DNA from: Octopus bimaculoides
Lineage: Eukaryota
Direction of reading: 5' to 3'
Length of the DNA: 46,782 nucleotides
Assembly: GCF_001194135.2 (NCBI RefSeq)
Contig: NC_068996.1
Location: 7,962,946-8,009,727 of the forward strand
Of the stretch, positions 26,421 to 38,745 are shown piece after piece; the first letter of the stretch is position 1, and each line of letters starts with the position of its first letter. Position numbers and translations under genes: made by a program. A model generated the notes under the pieces. It had not been told where the DNA came from and ran no database searches. It worked only from the letters and a program-made list of their open reading frames with translations.

Positions 26421-27934
26421 ATTTGTTCAATGACTGCATTATCACCAGTGTTACAGACAATTGACTAACAGAATCATTAGTGTTGGAGAAAATGCTTTGT
26501 GATGTTTGTTTCCAACTCTTGATATCGTTAGTTCAACATTGTCTTTCATTTCTCTGGGGGACAATAAAATAAAGTACAAGCTGAGAGCTAGGTTTGATAT
26601 AACTGACTGTATCTCTTCCAACAAAGTTTCAAGCTTTATGTCTACATTTGAAACAATTGTCACCATTCTACATTTTTTTCTTTCTTCCTGGTTGATTGAT
26701 TGATTAGCCTAGTCATTGGCACTGAGATGGATTTGAACTCAGAATGCTAAGAACTGAACAGATGGTATAGGGCATCTTGTTTGATGCTCTGATAGGTCTA
26801 CCAATACACTGTCCTACACTGGAATTTTTATATAGCAACTAAAAAAAAAATGGCATTCCGTCAGTTATGACAATGAGGGTTCCAGCTGATCCGATCAACA
26901 GAAGAGCCTGCTCATGAAATTAATGTGCAAGTGGCTGAGCACTCCACAGACATGTGTACCCTTAATGTAGTTCTTGGGGAGATTCAGAAAGACACAGAAT
27001 GCAACAAGGTTGGCCTTTTGAATTTCAGGTACAAATCATTTTTGCCAGCTGAATGAACTGGAGCAATGTGAAATAAAGCATCTTACTCAAAGACATGATG
27101 TGCTGCCAGGAGTTGAACTCATGACTCTACGGTTGTGTGCTGAATACCCCTAACCACTAAGCTAAGTGCATTCACATGCAAAAAGGAGTGAAAGGTAAAG
27201 TTAAACCTCAGCAGAATTTGAACTCACAATGCAGAATGTAGGAACAAATGTGCCAGTTCTTTAATTTCTTTTCCTTTTTTATGAAAGAGTTAAAAGAAGT
27301 GAAGGATGTAAGAATAAAATGGAAGAAAAAAAAGAATAAAGAGGAGGAAAGATGATAATGATATATACATACTAAATTGTCAACAGACAAAAGAATAAAG
27401 TTGAATGTGATAAATGAACACCGAGGTCAAGAGGTCGAAAACAATCAACATATGTTCTTACAACATCAACAAAAAGAAGGAAAAAATCTGAGCCCAATAC
27501 CATTTTTTCTAATTAACAAGATTGCTGAGACAAAGACAACACTTACAAAGCTGAGATTGATTCTTCTCCCAAAAAATATGCATTTTTAAAAAATTCTCAT
27601 TATTACCATGGTTAATTTAATTAACTGTATACACCTGCAAAAGTTGTGACCTTAAATAGTTATAAATTTTGCAGGGTTAGTTACATAATGTAGGAAATTA
27701 CTGGTAGTTCCACCAGCTAGAAACAGCAACTAAATCTTCTTCAAGTCTCACTCTAATAACATGAAGATGGAAGTCATATTGAATAATGTGGTCTCAGATA
27801 TAGGGAAGGGAGTGAAAAAAAAAAAGGTGTCTAAGTAAAAACAGACTTGAATTTTACAACTATAACACTTTTGATTACAGGTCCAATGGCTCAGAGCTGA
27901 CCTGAAGTTCAACAACAATAATAATAATTAATAA

Positions 27935-28172
27935 CAGTTCTATATTTAATAGATGAGGAATTATGTACATTATTTAAATTTGATGGATATTTGTCCTCAT
28001 CTTGTTTGTGACCTGAATAATAATAATAATAACATCGACAAATACCTTAGGAATGAGAACCCAGGTTCAAAATTTCCCCAAGACACCTGATGAAGGTTGG
28101 AGGGTATATCAGCCGAAACGTTGTGTTAATAACAAACAAGATGACGACAAATATCCGTCAAATGTAAATAAT
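27935..28172. mobile_element. Penelope-like terminal-repeat (pLTR) fragment pair in inverted orientation
   Basis: Minus arm 27935-28008 is the reverse complement of plus arm ~28132-28172. The plus arm contains the hammerhead. Confidence 0.7.
28082..28127 (+). ncRNA. Minimal type I hammerhead ribozyme motif (Penelope-type)
   Basis: GACAC-CTGATGA-A-GGTTG-(10 nt loop)-CAGCC-GAAAC-GTT-GTGTT. Stem I GACAC/GTGTT, stem II GGTTG/CAGCC, loopless palindromic stem III (AACGTT), predicted cleavage after GUU at 28122. Confidence 0.75.
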
Positions 28173-28659
28173 ATAATTAATAACAGTCTTTGTAATTTTG
28201 GCACATGGTGAATAAATTTGAGAGGAGGTGAGTTATTGATTACATTAACTCCAGTACGCAACTTTATTTTAATGACCTTGAAAGGATGAAAGGCAATATC
28301 AACATCATTATCATTTAATGAACATCAGTGGAATTTGACTCAGACCATAAACCAAAACAAGTGCTGCTAAATATCTTGTCATAATAATAATAATGCTAAA
28401 GCTATTTTTCTTATCATTAACCATACAGAGTTAATGAAGGTGGTTAAAAGGAATATTTGTTCAGATTCTCTGAGTTCAGCTTTTCCTTTCATTCTTTTGG
28501 AGTTGATATAAAAGTACTCGTCTAAGGAGGTCTACCTGCAGAACTATGAGGGCATCAGACAAGATGCCTTGTCGTATTTGTTCAGCTCTTTGCATTCTGG
28601 GATCGAATTCACCTAGGTGCCAATGACTGGATCAACCAACCAACCACATGAATAACAGC

Positions 28660-28993
28660 GTCGCCTCCCTGGCACTTGTGCCAGTGGCACGTGAAAAGAC
28701 ATTCGAGCGAGATCGTTGCCAATGCCGATGGACTGGCTCCTGTGTAGGTGGCACGTAAAGTACACCATTTTGAGCCAGTACTGCCTGACTGGCCTTCATG
28801 CCGGTGGCACATAAAAGTACCCACTACACTCTCGGAGTGGTTGGCATTAGGAAGGGCATCCAGGTGTAGAAACTCTGCCAAATCAGATTGGAGCCTGGTG
28901 TCACCTCCTGGTCCACCAGTCCTCAGTCAAATCGTCCAACCCATGCTAGCATGGAAAGCGCACGTTAAACGACAATGATGATGATGATGATGA
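28660..28993 (+). mobile_element. SINE family A
   Basis: Tandem units, core and (GAT)n tail. Confidence 0.85.
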
Positions 28994-29093
28994 CAGGCAG
29001 GCTTACAAGCAGCGTAGAAAAACCAGCAATGTCTTGCTGAAGTTGAGAGACTTAAAATGAGATAAAGTTGGGCACATCCAAATAAGGGACTTG

Positions 29094-29709
29094 GGATCTT
29101 TATGGTTTGACGGCCAACACTTGTTTTCTTAACGAAACACTTTCAAACTTGGGATACTGGTAGAATGTGTCATATAAAACATCTTTTTCTCTTAGCCTTC
29201 TTAACAAAAATTAATTCTTAATAAGTTATTTCATGTTAAAGTTGTTGTATTCCTGTAATTTCAACCAATCACTGACGTCTATTCAGCTGAATACAGTTAG
29301 TGCTGTTCGGTGTCAAGTGTGTTATTCCCTGTTTAATTATATCATTATTCCTTAGTAAGGGTTTAGGGTTTTAGGGTTAGGGCTCGGGTTTTAGGGTTAG
29401 GGTTTTAGGGTTAGGGTTGGGGTTAGGATTGGGGTTAGGGTTATGGTTATGAGTTATAGGGTTAGGGTTAAGGTTATGGCAAAAATAATCATTGTTTACA
29501 TTCCATGGCGTAATTGTTTTCACCTCAATAGACGTCAGTGATTGGTTGAAATTACCGAAATACGACAATCTTTTTACATGAAATAACTTCGAATACAAAA
29601 TTTTTTATCTGTTCTATACCACAAAATATACAAGTATTCGAAGTTTGAAAGTGTTTCGGTACAAAAAACACTACATAAAAAAATGTTGGCCGTCAAACCA
29701 TAAAGATCC
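29094..29709. mobile_element. Non-autonomous DNA transposon (Merlin-like) with internal TTAGGG-like array
   Basis: Perfect 26-bp TIR GGATCTTTATGGTTTGACGGCCAACA and 8-bp TSD GGGACTTG (29086-29093 and 29710-29717). A GG start plus an 8-bp TSD fits Merlin/IS1016; the superfamily call is inferred. Confidence 0.85.
29356..29479 (+). repeat. Degenerate telomere-like (TTAGGG)n tract
   Basis: TTAGGG, TTTAGGG, TTGGGG and TTATGG variants read directly. Confidence 0.9.
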
Positions 29710-30233
29710 GGGACTTGTATTGCATATAGCCATATTGTGGTCGATTAGGATCAACAGACAGCATTCTAAGTATGTTGGACAATTTCCTCACAATTCTACC
29801 TCTTTATGTTTTGCATTCAAATCCCATCAAGGCCAAGTTTACCTTTCACCTCTCAGGGATCAATAAATAAAGTGATGGTCAAGAACTACAATTGATCCAC
29901 CCCTACACTCTCTGTATCTTTCACTTTCTCAGAATCAGTTGTTTTATATTGTGAGACAGTTGTATGGGAAACCATTCACTGTTCTTTTCCTCCGAATAAT
30001 GCAGGATGGTAAATCCAAGGATAAGCAATCTTGTCTTTTTCTTACAAAAGACATCCAAAGAAATGAGAGGTTACAAGGAAGTAGCAGACTTACATGCAGA
30101 ATTCTACAGAATTTTTAACAATAAAAAAAATCATAAAGCTGGATTTTTTTTATAGCAATGTAAACAGAGAAAAGAAAACAATTAAAACGTATATCGATCA
30201 ACAATGTTACAAGGTTAAATATTTTTGACATAC

Positions 30234-30342
30234 CACAAGCTAAGTGTGTCATCTTTATTTTCACAATATCTGGTAGTTGGCCTTTATCCCAAGATTCTTT
30301 AAAAATCTCCAGCTTCCGTTTCACTTCCTCAATTGTTCGGAC
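30234..30342 (-). CDS. SRA1: SRA1 coding exon 4 (VRTIEEVKRKLEIFKESWDKGQLPDIVKIKMTHLAC)
   Basis: Acceptor ttcttattag, donor gtatgt, 109 nt, phase 0 to phase 1. Aligns with the SRA1/Sec31 domain segment '[36 protein letters not shown]'. Confidence 0.9.
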
Positions 30343-30609
30343 CTAATAAGAAAAGAACATATAAATATATCATATATACATATAATTATGATAATAATAT
30401 TAGGGATAAAAATCCAAATTTACAGGTAAAAATTCAATATAATTTATCAAAATTAAAATTAAATTAAATTTCACAATATATAATATATAATTTAGAGAAA
30501 AAAAAATCTTTTTCTATATGTGACTGTGGATTTTCATGGATGAATTCAAGAATTGTGGTTTTTTCTCTAAATTTTTTTCTCTTTATGTCTGTATTTGTCC
30601 CCACATCAC

Positions 30610-30785
30610 AGCTCGTAGAGTGAATGGGGAAAGCTTGGTCTGCAATGTTTGCAGTCGTGTATGCTTCTCAAGAGCAGGGCTCATTAGCCACCAATGGAGC
30701 CGCAAATGCAAAATATAAGTTAGTCCTAGAGCGCACAATGTTCCTGAAGGTCAGCAATAGTCTTCCTCGGTCATGAGTGGATGGC

Positions 30786-30822
<37 letters not shown>
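30610..30822 (+). mobile_element. 3' end of an RTE-clade LINE
   Basis: VCNVCSRVCFSRAGLISHQ resembles the RTE ORF2 C-terminal Cys/His motif. It is followed by a short 3' UTR and an (ATT)n tail. Confidence 0.65.
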
Positions 30823-30826
<4 letters not shown>

Positions 30827-30946
30827 GGTGCAGGCATGGCTGTAAGGTAAGAAGCTTGATTCTCCAAGTTTAGTCCCACTGTGTGACACCTTGGGCCAAC
30901 CAAAGCCTTGTAAGTGGATTTGATAGATGGAAACTGAAAGAAGCCC

Positions 30947-30983
<37 letters not shown>

Positions 30984-31831
30984 ATATATCTATGTGTCTG
31001 CGTTTGTCCCCACATCACCACTTGACAATTGGTGTGTTTACATCCCCATAACTTAGCAGTTTGGCAACAGAGACTGATAGGATAAATACTAGGCTTAAAA
31101 AAAGTCCTGGGGTTTGTTTGACTGAAGCCCTTCAAGGAGGTGCTCCAGCATGAAACAGGTAAAAGTATATATGTGTATGTGTGTGTGCGCACGTGTATCG
31201 TTGCTATTATGTTAAACTGTTGTATGTCCAAATTTGACCAAATGCGTTTGTTTCAATATTTAATTTTGGTTGCAATAGTCGGTTTCTTTTTTAGTCAAAC
31301 TATCTTATCTCCAGCTGCTTCAGATGAAAATTGTCAAAGTGTAGTACAATGGTTTAGCATTTTTCAGAAGCATAGTAAGTTCTACATATGACAGTTTTGC
31401 AAAAAATATTTCTCACTGAAAATATTACGCATGCATGGAGCAACGATTTTATGCACCTAACAAAGTATTACTGTTCAGCTGAAACTTTTGCTAAAGTAAA
31501 AAGAAATGGAATGGTGAAACTATTTTTTCATTTCCTGAGAAAGCAGCATTTTGGACTTACAACACTTTTGCATAATAGCAACAATATATACACATATATA
31601 TATATAGTAAAGACTATTTGCCAGCACTGTGTGACAGTCCTACACAAGACGACGTTGCTACTTTTTAGCCCCAGGAAAACATCTTTTCCAGTTGACTACT
31701 GACACATGGTCTGTGTCCTGTGTAGGACTGCCATATTATGCTGGCAAATAGACTTCACTGTTCAGTACTGTTACTACATATTTCTCACTCAGAGATTTAA
31801 AACTAGTTGTCTTTCTCTTTATATATATATA

Positions 31832-32062
31832 GAAGGTGGCGAACTGGCAGAAACGTTGGCATGCCGGGTGAAATGCTTAGCGGTATTTCGTGTCTTTACG
31901 TTCTGAGTTTAAATTCTGCTGAGGTAGACTTTGCCTTTCATCCTTACAGAGTCGATAAATAAAGTACCAGTTGCGCACTGGGGTTGATGTAATCGACTTA
32001 ATCCCTGTGTCTGTCCTTGTTTGTCCCCTCTATGTTTAGCCCCTTGTGGGCAATAAAGAAAT
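31832..32062 (+). mobile_element. SINE family C
   Basis: Same core as 2703-2936. Other copies at ~5130-5325 (-), 12865-13050 (-), 16120-16320 (-), 20230-20410 (+), 32295-32490 (-) and 44005-44210 (-). Confidence 0.8.
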
Positions 32063-32085
32063 ATATATATGTGTATGTGTGTGCA

Positions 32086-32117
<32 letters not shown>

Positions 32118-32195
32118 CAATTAAACCTTGGGAGAGGCATTATGCCAGTAATAAACACATGCACTGGTTCAGTCCTTTATTAATTTACATACGAA

Positions 32196-32229
<34 letters not shown>

Positions 32230-34465
32230 GCATACTTATACACAAAGGTGATTGTAATGATAACAATAGTAGTGATGACAAAAATATTGGTTCAAATTTT
32301 GGCACAAGGCCAGCAATTTTGGGGAGGGGGTTAAGTCAATAACATCAACCCCAGTGCTCAACTGGTCCTTATTTTATTGACTCTGAAAGGACGAAAGGTG
32401 AAGTCGACCTTCGTGGGATTTGAACTCAGAGCATAAAGATAGTTAAATGTTACCAAGTGTCTTGCTTGGTATGCTAACGATTCTGTCATGGCGGTAAAAA
32501 TGGTAATGGCAATAGTTAGAATAATGATGATAATGATGCAGTGTTTATCTCATGGGTTGGTGGTATCATTCTGACAGAATAATCATCATCATTTTAATGC
32601 CTACTTATCCATGCTTGCAAAGGGCAGACAGAATTTACTGAGGCAGATTTTCTGCAGCCAGATGCCCTTCCTGTTCATCAACTCTCACCTGTTTCTAAGT
32701 AAAACATTTCCCCATGTCCAGACATATTAGAAATGAAGGACACCACTTATATGAGGGTGGCACTTGTTTACAACAATCACACTTTGTCAATTACAAGGTG
32801 ACACTAAATCACACACACACATGTATATACACATCATTTAATATCTGTCTTACACACACACACATATGATGGACTTCTTTCAGTTTCTGTCTATTAATTC
32901 CTCTCACAAGTCTTTGGTCAGCCTGGAGCTATAGTTAAAGACACTTGCCCATGGTTCCATGCAGTGGGACTGAACCTGGAACCAAGTAGTTGTGAAGCAA
33001 GCTACTTAACCATACAACCATGCCTGGATGAAAAAAAAAAAATTCTACTTCTGAAATGCTTTATAAAATGTAAAATAAACTACAAATATGTTATACAATA
33101 AGCTATAATCATTATGGTTAGAACACAATTTTAACTGAAAACAGTAAAAATTCAAGAACATTTTCTTAAAAAAAATATCAAATGATTTCTTGGAAAAATT
33201 TTTAATTTAAATATTTATCAAAAGAAGTGCAGCAGATTAGCATTTAGTGAAATGGGCTGTGATGGTAAAAAGGCTGGGAACTATTGATATGGCGTTTGGA
33301 CTCAGTTTTCAGAAGCATTTGAAGACTCGGTTGTTGACATATTTTTTTAAAATTATGGATTCAAGAGGAGACAACTCTATCACGTCATAATCCCGAAATG
33401 TATTTCACCGAGGCAGAATTTTCTTGTTTTCACTTCATAGAAACAATGTACAGAAGTTCAAGACAGATTATGAATTGGAATGATATAAAGAGTAGAAGAA
33501 GACTTCATTTTCCTATTACCTAGAATTTTATACAAGTGACCAACTAAGGAAACTCAATCTGCTACAAACAGCAGTTAAATCTCCCTGAAATTGCACCAAG
33601 CTGTCTTGACCCTTTTTTTTGTCAAAAATGTAGGCCATATATCTGAAGAAGTTTGCTTCCCAACTATGTGGCTTTGGGTTCAGTCCTACCACGCAGCACC
33701 TTGGGTAGTTGTCTTCTAATGTAGCTTCAGACTGACCAAAACTTTAGTGAGTGAATTTAGTAAGTGGAAACAAAAGTTTGTTGTGTGTGTGTGAATGTGC
33801 TTGTACACTGTCTTTATTTCAATTAATTTTTAAAATACTGACGAATTTTGTGAAATAAGTTTATCATTATTAAGCTGGCATTTGGAACATAAATTAATAC
33901 GAAATTTTGATGGAAAATTTAAATTTAAATCACTTTAAAACAAAAAGCTTGTATCATGCAATTAGGAATAGTATTGGGTGGGTTCATATCACGAGTCAAA
34001 TAAAGCATAAAATGTAGAGTATCACATACAAAACTGAGATGGTCATGGCTGAAACACTTTTGATCATAGGTCTAGTGACCAGCACCGGTCAGGGGCTAAA
34101 TAACAGTGATGATAATGCAAGTACTATAAATCAATGATACAAATAGCTGATATGAGCCATGGAGGTTGTTTTTTCAAACATCCTACCATTTTAGGAAAAA
34201 AAACACATTAGACATAACTATTAATAAATATCCTGCTATGGACATCATCACAATAAGAATAATCTATGGCCAAGAATTTAATAAATGGTTTGGTTCCAAA
34301 TTCAGAATATATTCACTGAACATAAGCATCTGAGGAAGGCCAAAGGTTACAACAGGTAAAATATGGTGATTATAACCACCAAGATGGAGAAATTGGTTTG
34401 AATATATCGGTGTGTGAACTATTACTTTTTCTGAAATCTTTCTAATCTGATAATTAGTTAAATAG

Positions 34466-34535
34466 TTAATTAATAATTAGTTAATTAATAATTAGTTAAT
34501 TAATAATTAGTTAATTAATAATTAGTTAATTAATA
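34466..34535. repeat. Tandem 15-mer (TTAATTAATAATTAG) x4.7
   Basis: Identical units read directly. Confidence 0.9.
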
Positions 34536-35399
34536 CTGAGCAAACAGTAGAATCTGGGGAAAGTAGCAATGGTCTGCTTTGGAAATTTATGAATATAAAT
34601 AGCTCAGAAATGAAGTAAAATGTTTTGCCAAGGAGGTGAAAGTGTCTAACATTTAGTGTTGAAATATTTGTTGGAGAGAAATGTTTTCTGACAGCTCTGA
34701 ATAAATAAACTGGGAGCTAAAAAGCAAACAAACAAATAGATAGAGATCTGGAACCTGCAAGCTTCACTGAGTGAAGAAGTAGAGTTTTGGGTTGTCATAG
34801 AAGAATCTGAAGTGATTTAAAGAAATAGTAGCTGGCAATGTCAACTATGAATTGAATGAGAGAGACAGTGTTGTTAGGATGACACCCAGCACACTCTGTA
34901 AAGTGGTTGGTGTTGGGCATCCACTCACAGAAACTGTGCCTAAACAGATTATGGAACCTGGTACAGCCTCTGGCCTTGCCAGTTCCTGTCAAGCCGTCCA
35001 ACTCATGCCAGCATGGAAAACAGACATAAATGTTGTTGATGATGATGACGATGATAGGGACAGTAACAGAAATACAATATGAATATAGACATATTATTAG
35101 GAAAAAGAATTAATTGTAACATAAAAGGAATTTATGAATTGTATTAAATACCAATTTTGTTTTTGTCTCAATATTACATCCTTTATTTCCAGTTGTATTT
35201 ATTAAGTGGAGCTATTTTCTATTAACTTACTGAAAGCTACTCAGGTTGATAACAAACAGAGTTATGTACCTTACTCAGAGATACAAAACCAGGAGTCGAC
35301 TACAGGTTGAGTTCATGAGTTTGGATAACTTGGTATTTTGAAGAGAGAAGAAGAACCTGATGTTTTGTAACAAAACTTATATCCAACACAAAAATATGT

Positions 35400-35533
35400 C
35401 AGGCATGGGTAACCTTTATCAAGAAGATGGCATCATCAGGCAGGTCGCACTTCTTAAAAAAGAAAATCAAGGTAATTTTCTGTTAGATGTGCCATTCAGA
35501 AAATCCCCACTGGCCATAGCTTGCCCACAACTG
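35400..35533. mobile_element. Short hAT-type MITE (same family as 2541)
   Basis: CAGGCATGGGTAA...TTGCCCACAACTG termini. Confidence 0.55.
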
Positions 35534-35692
35534 ATATGAGTTATAATAAAGTTTACTCTTAATGTTATATGCTACATTTCATTGTCTTTTTCTATTCAGA
35601 TATGTTAACTTTGCTTTGTTCTTTAGCTTCAACTTGTATTATTTCTCAAAACAGCAATATAATCTTTTCTACAAGGCCTACTTTTTAATAAA

Positions 35693-35912
35693 GTAGGCAA
35701 GCTGGCAGAAACGTTAGCACGTCAGGCAAAATGCTTAGCGGTATTTCATCTGCCGTTACGTTCTGAGTTCAAATACCGCCCAGGTCGACCTTGCCTTTCA
35801 TCCTTTCAGGGTCGATTAAACAAGTACCAGTTATGCACTGGGGTCGATATAATTGACTTATTCCGTTTGTCCCTTCTGTGTCTAGCCCCTTGTAGGTAGT
35901 AAAGAAATAAGA
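35693..35912 (+). mobile_element. SINE family C (CpG-retaining copy)
   Basis: GCTGGCAGAAACGTTAGCACG...GGTCGACCTTGCCTTTCATCC...TAAAGAAATAAG. Confidence 0.8.
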
Positions 35913-36752
35913 AACCAATTCCGACTGACTGCTGCTTTGAAATTCTCTAATTTATGATACACAAAACTCACATTCTTGAACAGTGCTTTCTTGGATCCAA
36001 ATTCAAATACTGCCACCACTAATGTTACCATTTATGATTCCTTACATCATAAAGTACTAATGATATTCTGAGATTTATACCACTACAAAATACTTAAATG
36101 AATACTTGGTGAAATTCAGGTGTTTAGATAAGTTTATATACTGTAAGAATACGATATATTTCTAATTTCTGTATGTGTGTATGATATTTTATTAAAGACA
36201 AATTAGTTCTTTACTCAAAGTCAGAGGTTCTCAACATGAGCAGTACAGCCCCCAATGGGGTACAAGGCATGTCAAGGGAAGCTTTAGGCTTTAGCAGGCA
36301 GTGAGGCAACATAATTAATTACTAAATTTTACTTATAGTAGTAATGATATTATACATGATAAAACTAATAATGGTTATTAAAATAAAATGAGATCTCATC
36401 AGGCACAGGGAGTTCATTTACTTGAAATGTATAAAACAAATTTACAACTTTTGTCTTCATTAATTTTTTTATCATTTGTTAAATTTTTAGAGAAAAATTT
36501 ATAAATTATCATTCATGTGAAGTTAGTTTAGTCATGACACCTCATTTGCCACATATGTGGATGCTAGGTATAACAACTATTTATGGTTGGGGGGGGGGGG
36601 GTATTCTTACGAAAAAAAAAAAGTAGTCTTACTCTGTTTCTCTGAACAGGCAACCTCATGATACGAGGTTCCACTAGTCCTGCTTCACTTGAGAAGTTGA
36701 ATAGTTATTCAACTTCTCAAGTGTTGGCACCACAAGAAAATGCACCCATTAA

Positions 36753-36959
36753 CCCTTTAGCATTTAAATCCATTGCATCTGGCCCAAATATTCAACCTGC
36801 TTTATGTTCAAAACTGGCTAGATTCAGCCTCTTATATCATTCTAAAAGTAAACAATCACATCATTGAAATCTCAAAGCTATGAGATAATGTATCATTAAA
36901 CCAAAGTAATATGCTTAAATAAGCATTACATTTGACAGAGTAACCTGAATGCTAAAGAG
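36753..36959. mobile_element. piggyBac-type MITE, same family, opposite orientation to 25750
   Basis: TTAA|CCCTTTAGCA...TGCTAAAGAG|TTAA. Internal ATCTCAAAGCT and AAACAATCACAT segments are shared in reverse complement. Confidence 0.8.
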
Positions 36960-37425
36960 TTAAAGCACTTGTAAAGGGGTTGAGGTTAGGAATGGCATCC
37001 AGCCATAGAAACCAAGCCAAATGACATATAAAAGAGCCTAGACTTTGGGGAGCAGTAGCTTGCAATAAAGGAGAGAGTGACATGGATCATGATGCCAGCA
37101 AGGAAAGCAGACATAAATATGATGATGGTCACTGAAATTCACAAGTTTGAATACACTCATTCAATTTGGGAGAATGGAATTTTACTTTTAGGCACTGACA
37201 TTTCCTCCAAAAGAAAATAGATTCTTTCAACCTTTCTCTCAGAGATAGAATCAATACCAAGACATCAGATTCCGCTCTTCGTTCTCAGCATAGAAACATA
37301 TCCAAACTCATCAACTTCCACGTTTAATTTTTGCTGATACAGACCATCTACCCCAGTTATCTTGGAGCCTGTTTTATTGATTTATTGTTTGAATTAGGTT
37401 TTACTCTAAATTAAAAATTAATTAT

Positions 37426-37836
37426 AGGTGCAGGAGTGGCTGTGTGGTAAGTAGCTTGCTTACCAATCACATGGTCCCGTGTTCAGTCCCACTGCGTGGC
37501 ACCTTGGGCAAGTGTCTTCTATTATAGCCTCGGGCCGACCAAAGCCTTGTGAGTGGATTTGGTAGACGGAAACTGGAAGAAGCCTGTTGTATATGTATAT
37601 ATATATGTGTATATATATATGTGTGTGTATATGTTTGTTTGTGTGTTTGTCCCCACCAACATCGCTTGACGACCGATGGTGGTGTGTTTACGTCCCCATA
37701 ACTTAGCAGTTCAGCAAAAGAGACCGATAGAATAAGTACTAGGCTTACAAAGAATAAGTCCTGGGATCGATTTGTTTGACTAAAGGCGGTGCTCCAGCAT
37801 GGCCACAGTCAAATGACTGAAAAGAGTAAAAGAGTA
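37426..37836 (+). mobile_element. SINE family B (most intact copy), about 110 bp from the SRA1 exon 3 donor
   Basis: Same architecture as 7618-8017. Other copies at ~415-800 (+), 15480-16075 (-), 22775-22949 (+), 30826-31160 (+), 32870-33025 (-) and 44680-44845 (-). Confidence 0.85.
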
Positions 37837-37944
37837 TGAACTACACTCTTACAGTCACTTTCAAATCGGTTTAAATATGAAAGAGAGATAAACTCTTGTC
37901 AAAGATAACATTTTAGAAAAATAACAAACTATATTTTAACTTAC

Positions 37945-38246
37945 CTGCAAACAACCTTTGCATTTTTCAAACACAACATTGATATTATTAAGAACATACT
38001 CTTGCAGCTCTTCTTCACTTTTCAGTGACAGTTTTCCCAAAAGACCATCAATAGCTTCGGGGAAGTCTATCAGTCCAGGTGGTATGGTTGAATTATTTTC
38101 TGAAGATGAAAGGTCCAGACCAGAATGCTGACTCAACTCGGGAACAAGAAGAGGAACAGGACATGGTGTATTGGTGTTTGATGCTGGGGGTAGTAGCTGG
38201 ACATTACCCAACGGTGGTGGACCACAGCCAGGATTTAATAGTGCTC
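37945..38246 (-). CDS. SRA1: SRA1 coding exon 3 (Pro-rich linker, then EEELQEYVLNNINVVFEKCKGCLQ)
   Basis: Acceptor tttcaaag, donor gtaagt, 302 nt, phase 1 to phase 0. Open frame matches track ORF 37936..38211. The end aligns with human 'EDVLRPLEQALEDCRGH'. Confidence 0.88.
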
Positions 38247-38745
38247 CTTTGAAACGATAAATATTAGATTAAGAAATTTTGGAGGAAATGGATTTTTATA
38301 CAAACAAATACACACACACATTACACGTATGTAGTGTGAACAACATTCAGGAAAAAGAGAAGAATATTAACTTAGGCAGCAAGAGTTGCCAGAGCACTGG
38401 ACAGATTGATTTATGGTAATCATTCTGGCTTTCTGCACTCATACTTTGATCTACTTTGTCTTTCATCCTTTTGGGTTTGATAAATATAGAAACAGTCGCG
38501 CATTAGAGTTGTTTCTTCTGTTTCTTTCTTGGAAGAAATCATCTGATGTCAAATATGGAGAAGGATGGGCTGTGCTGAACTTAAAAGGCACAAGACATGC
38601 TGTGTGTCACCACAGTGCCCCTACAGCCCCAAGAAATTAAGAGCCCATGGTATATATACATATACATTCATAAACACACATGCATGCATGTATGTAGGCC
38701 ATGAGCACTTAACTCCTTGAGATATATATATATATATATATACTT

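Noticed and set aside
14478-30233. Several AG...GT candidates for the missing SRA1 exon (e.g. ~18430-18480, ~19785-19830, ~25085-25135)
   Set aside because: Each has the wrong phase, in-frame stops or no similarity to the conserved helix.
34330-34365. CTGAGGAAGGCC..., and CAGATGAAGGATT...ATCT at 40110, as decayed hammerheads
   Set aside because: GAAAC is missing and the stems are incomplete. At most they are dead Penelope ends, and I cannot support them.
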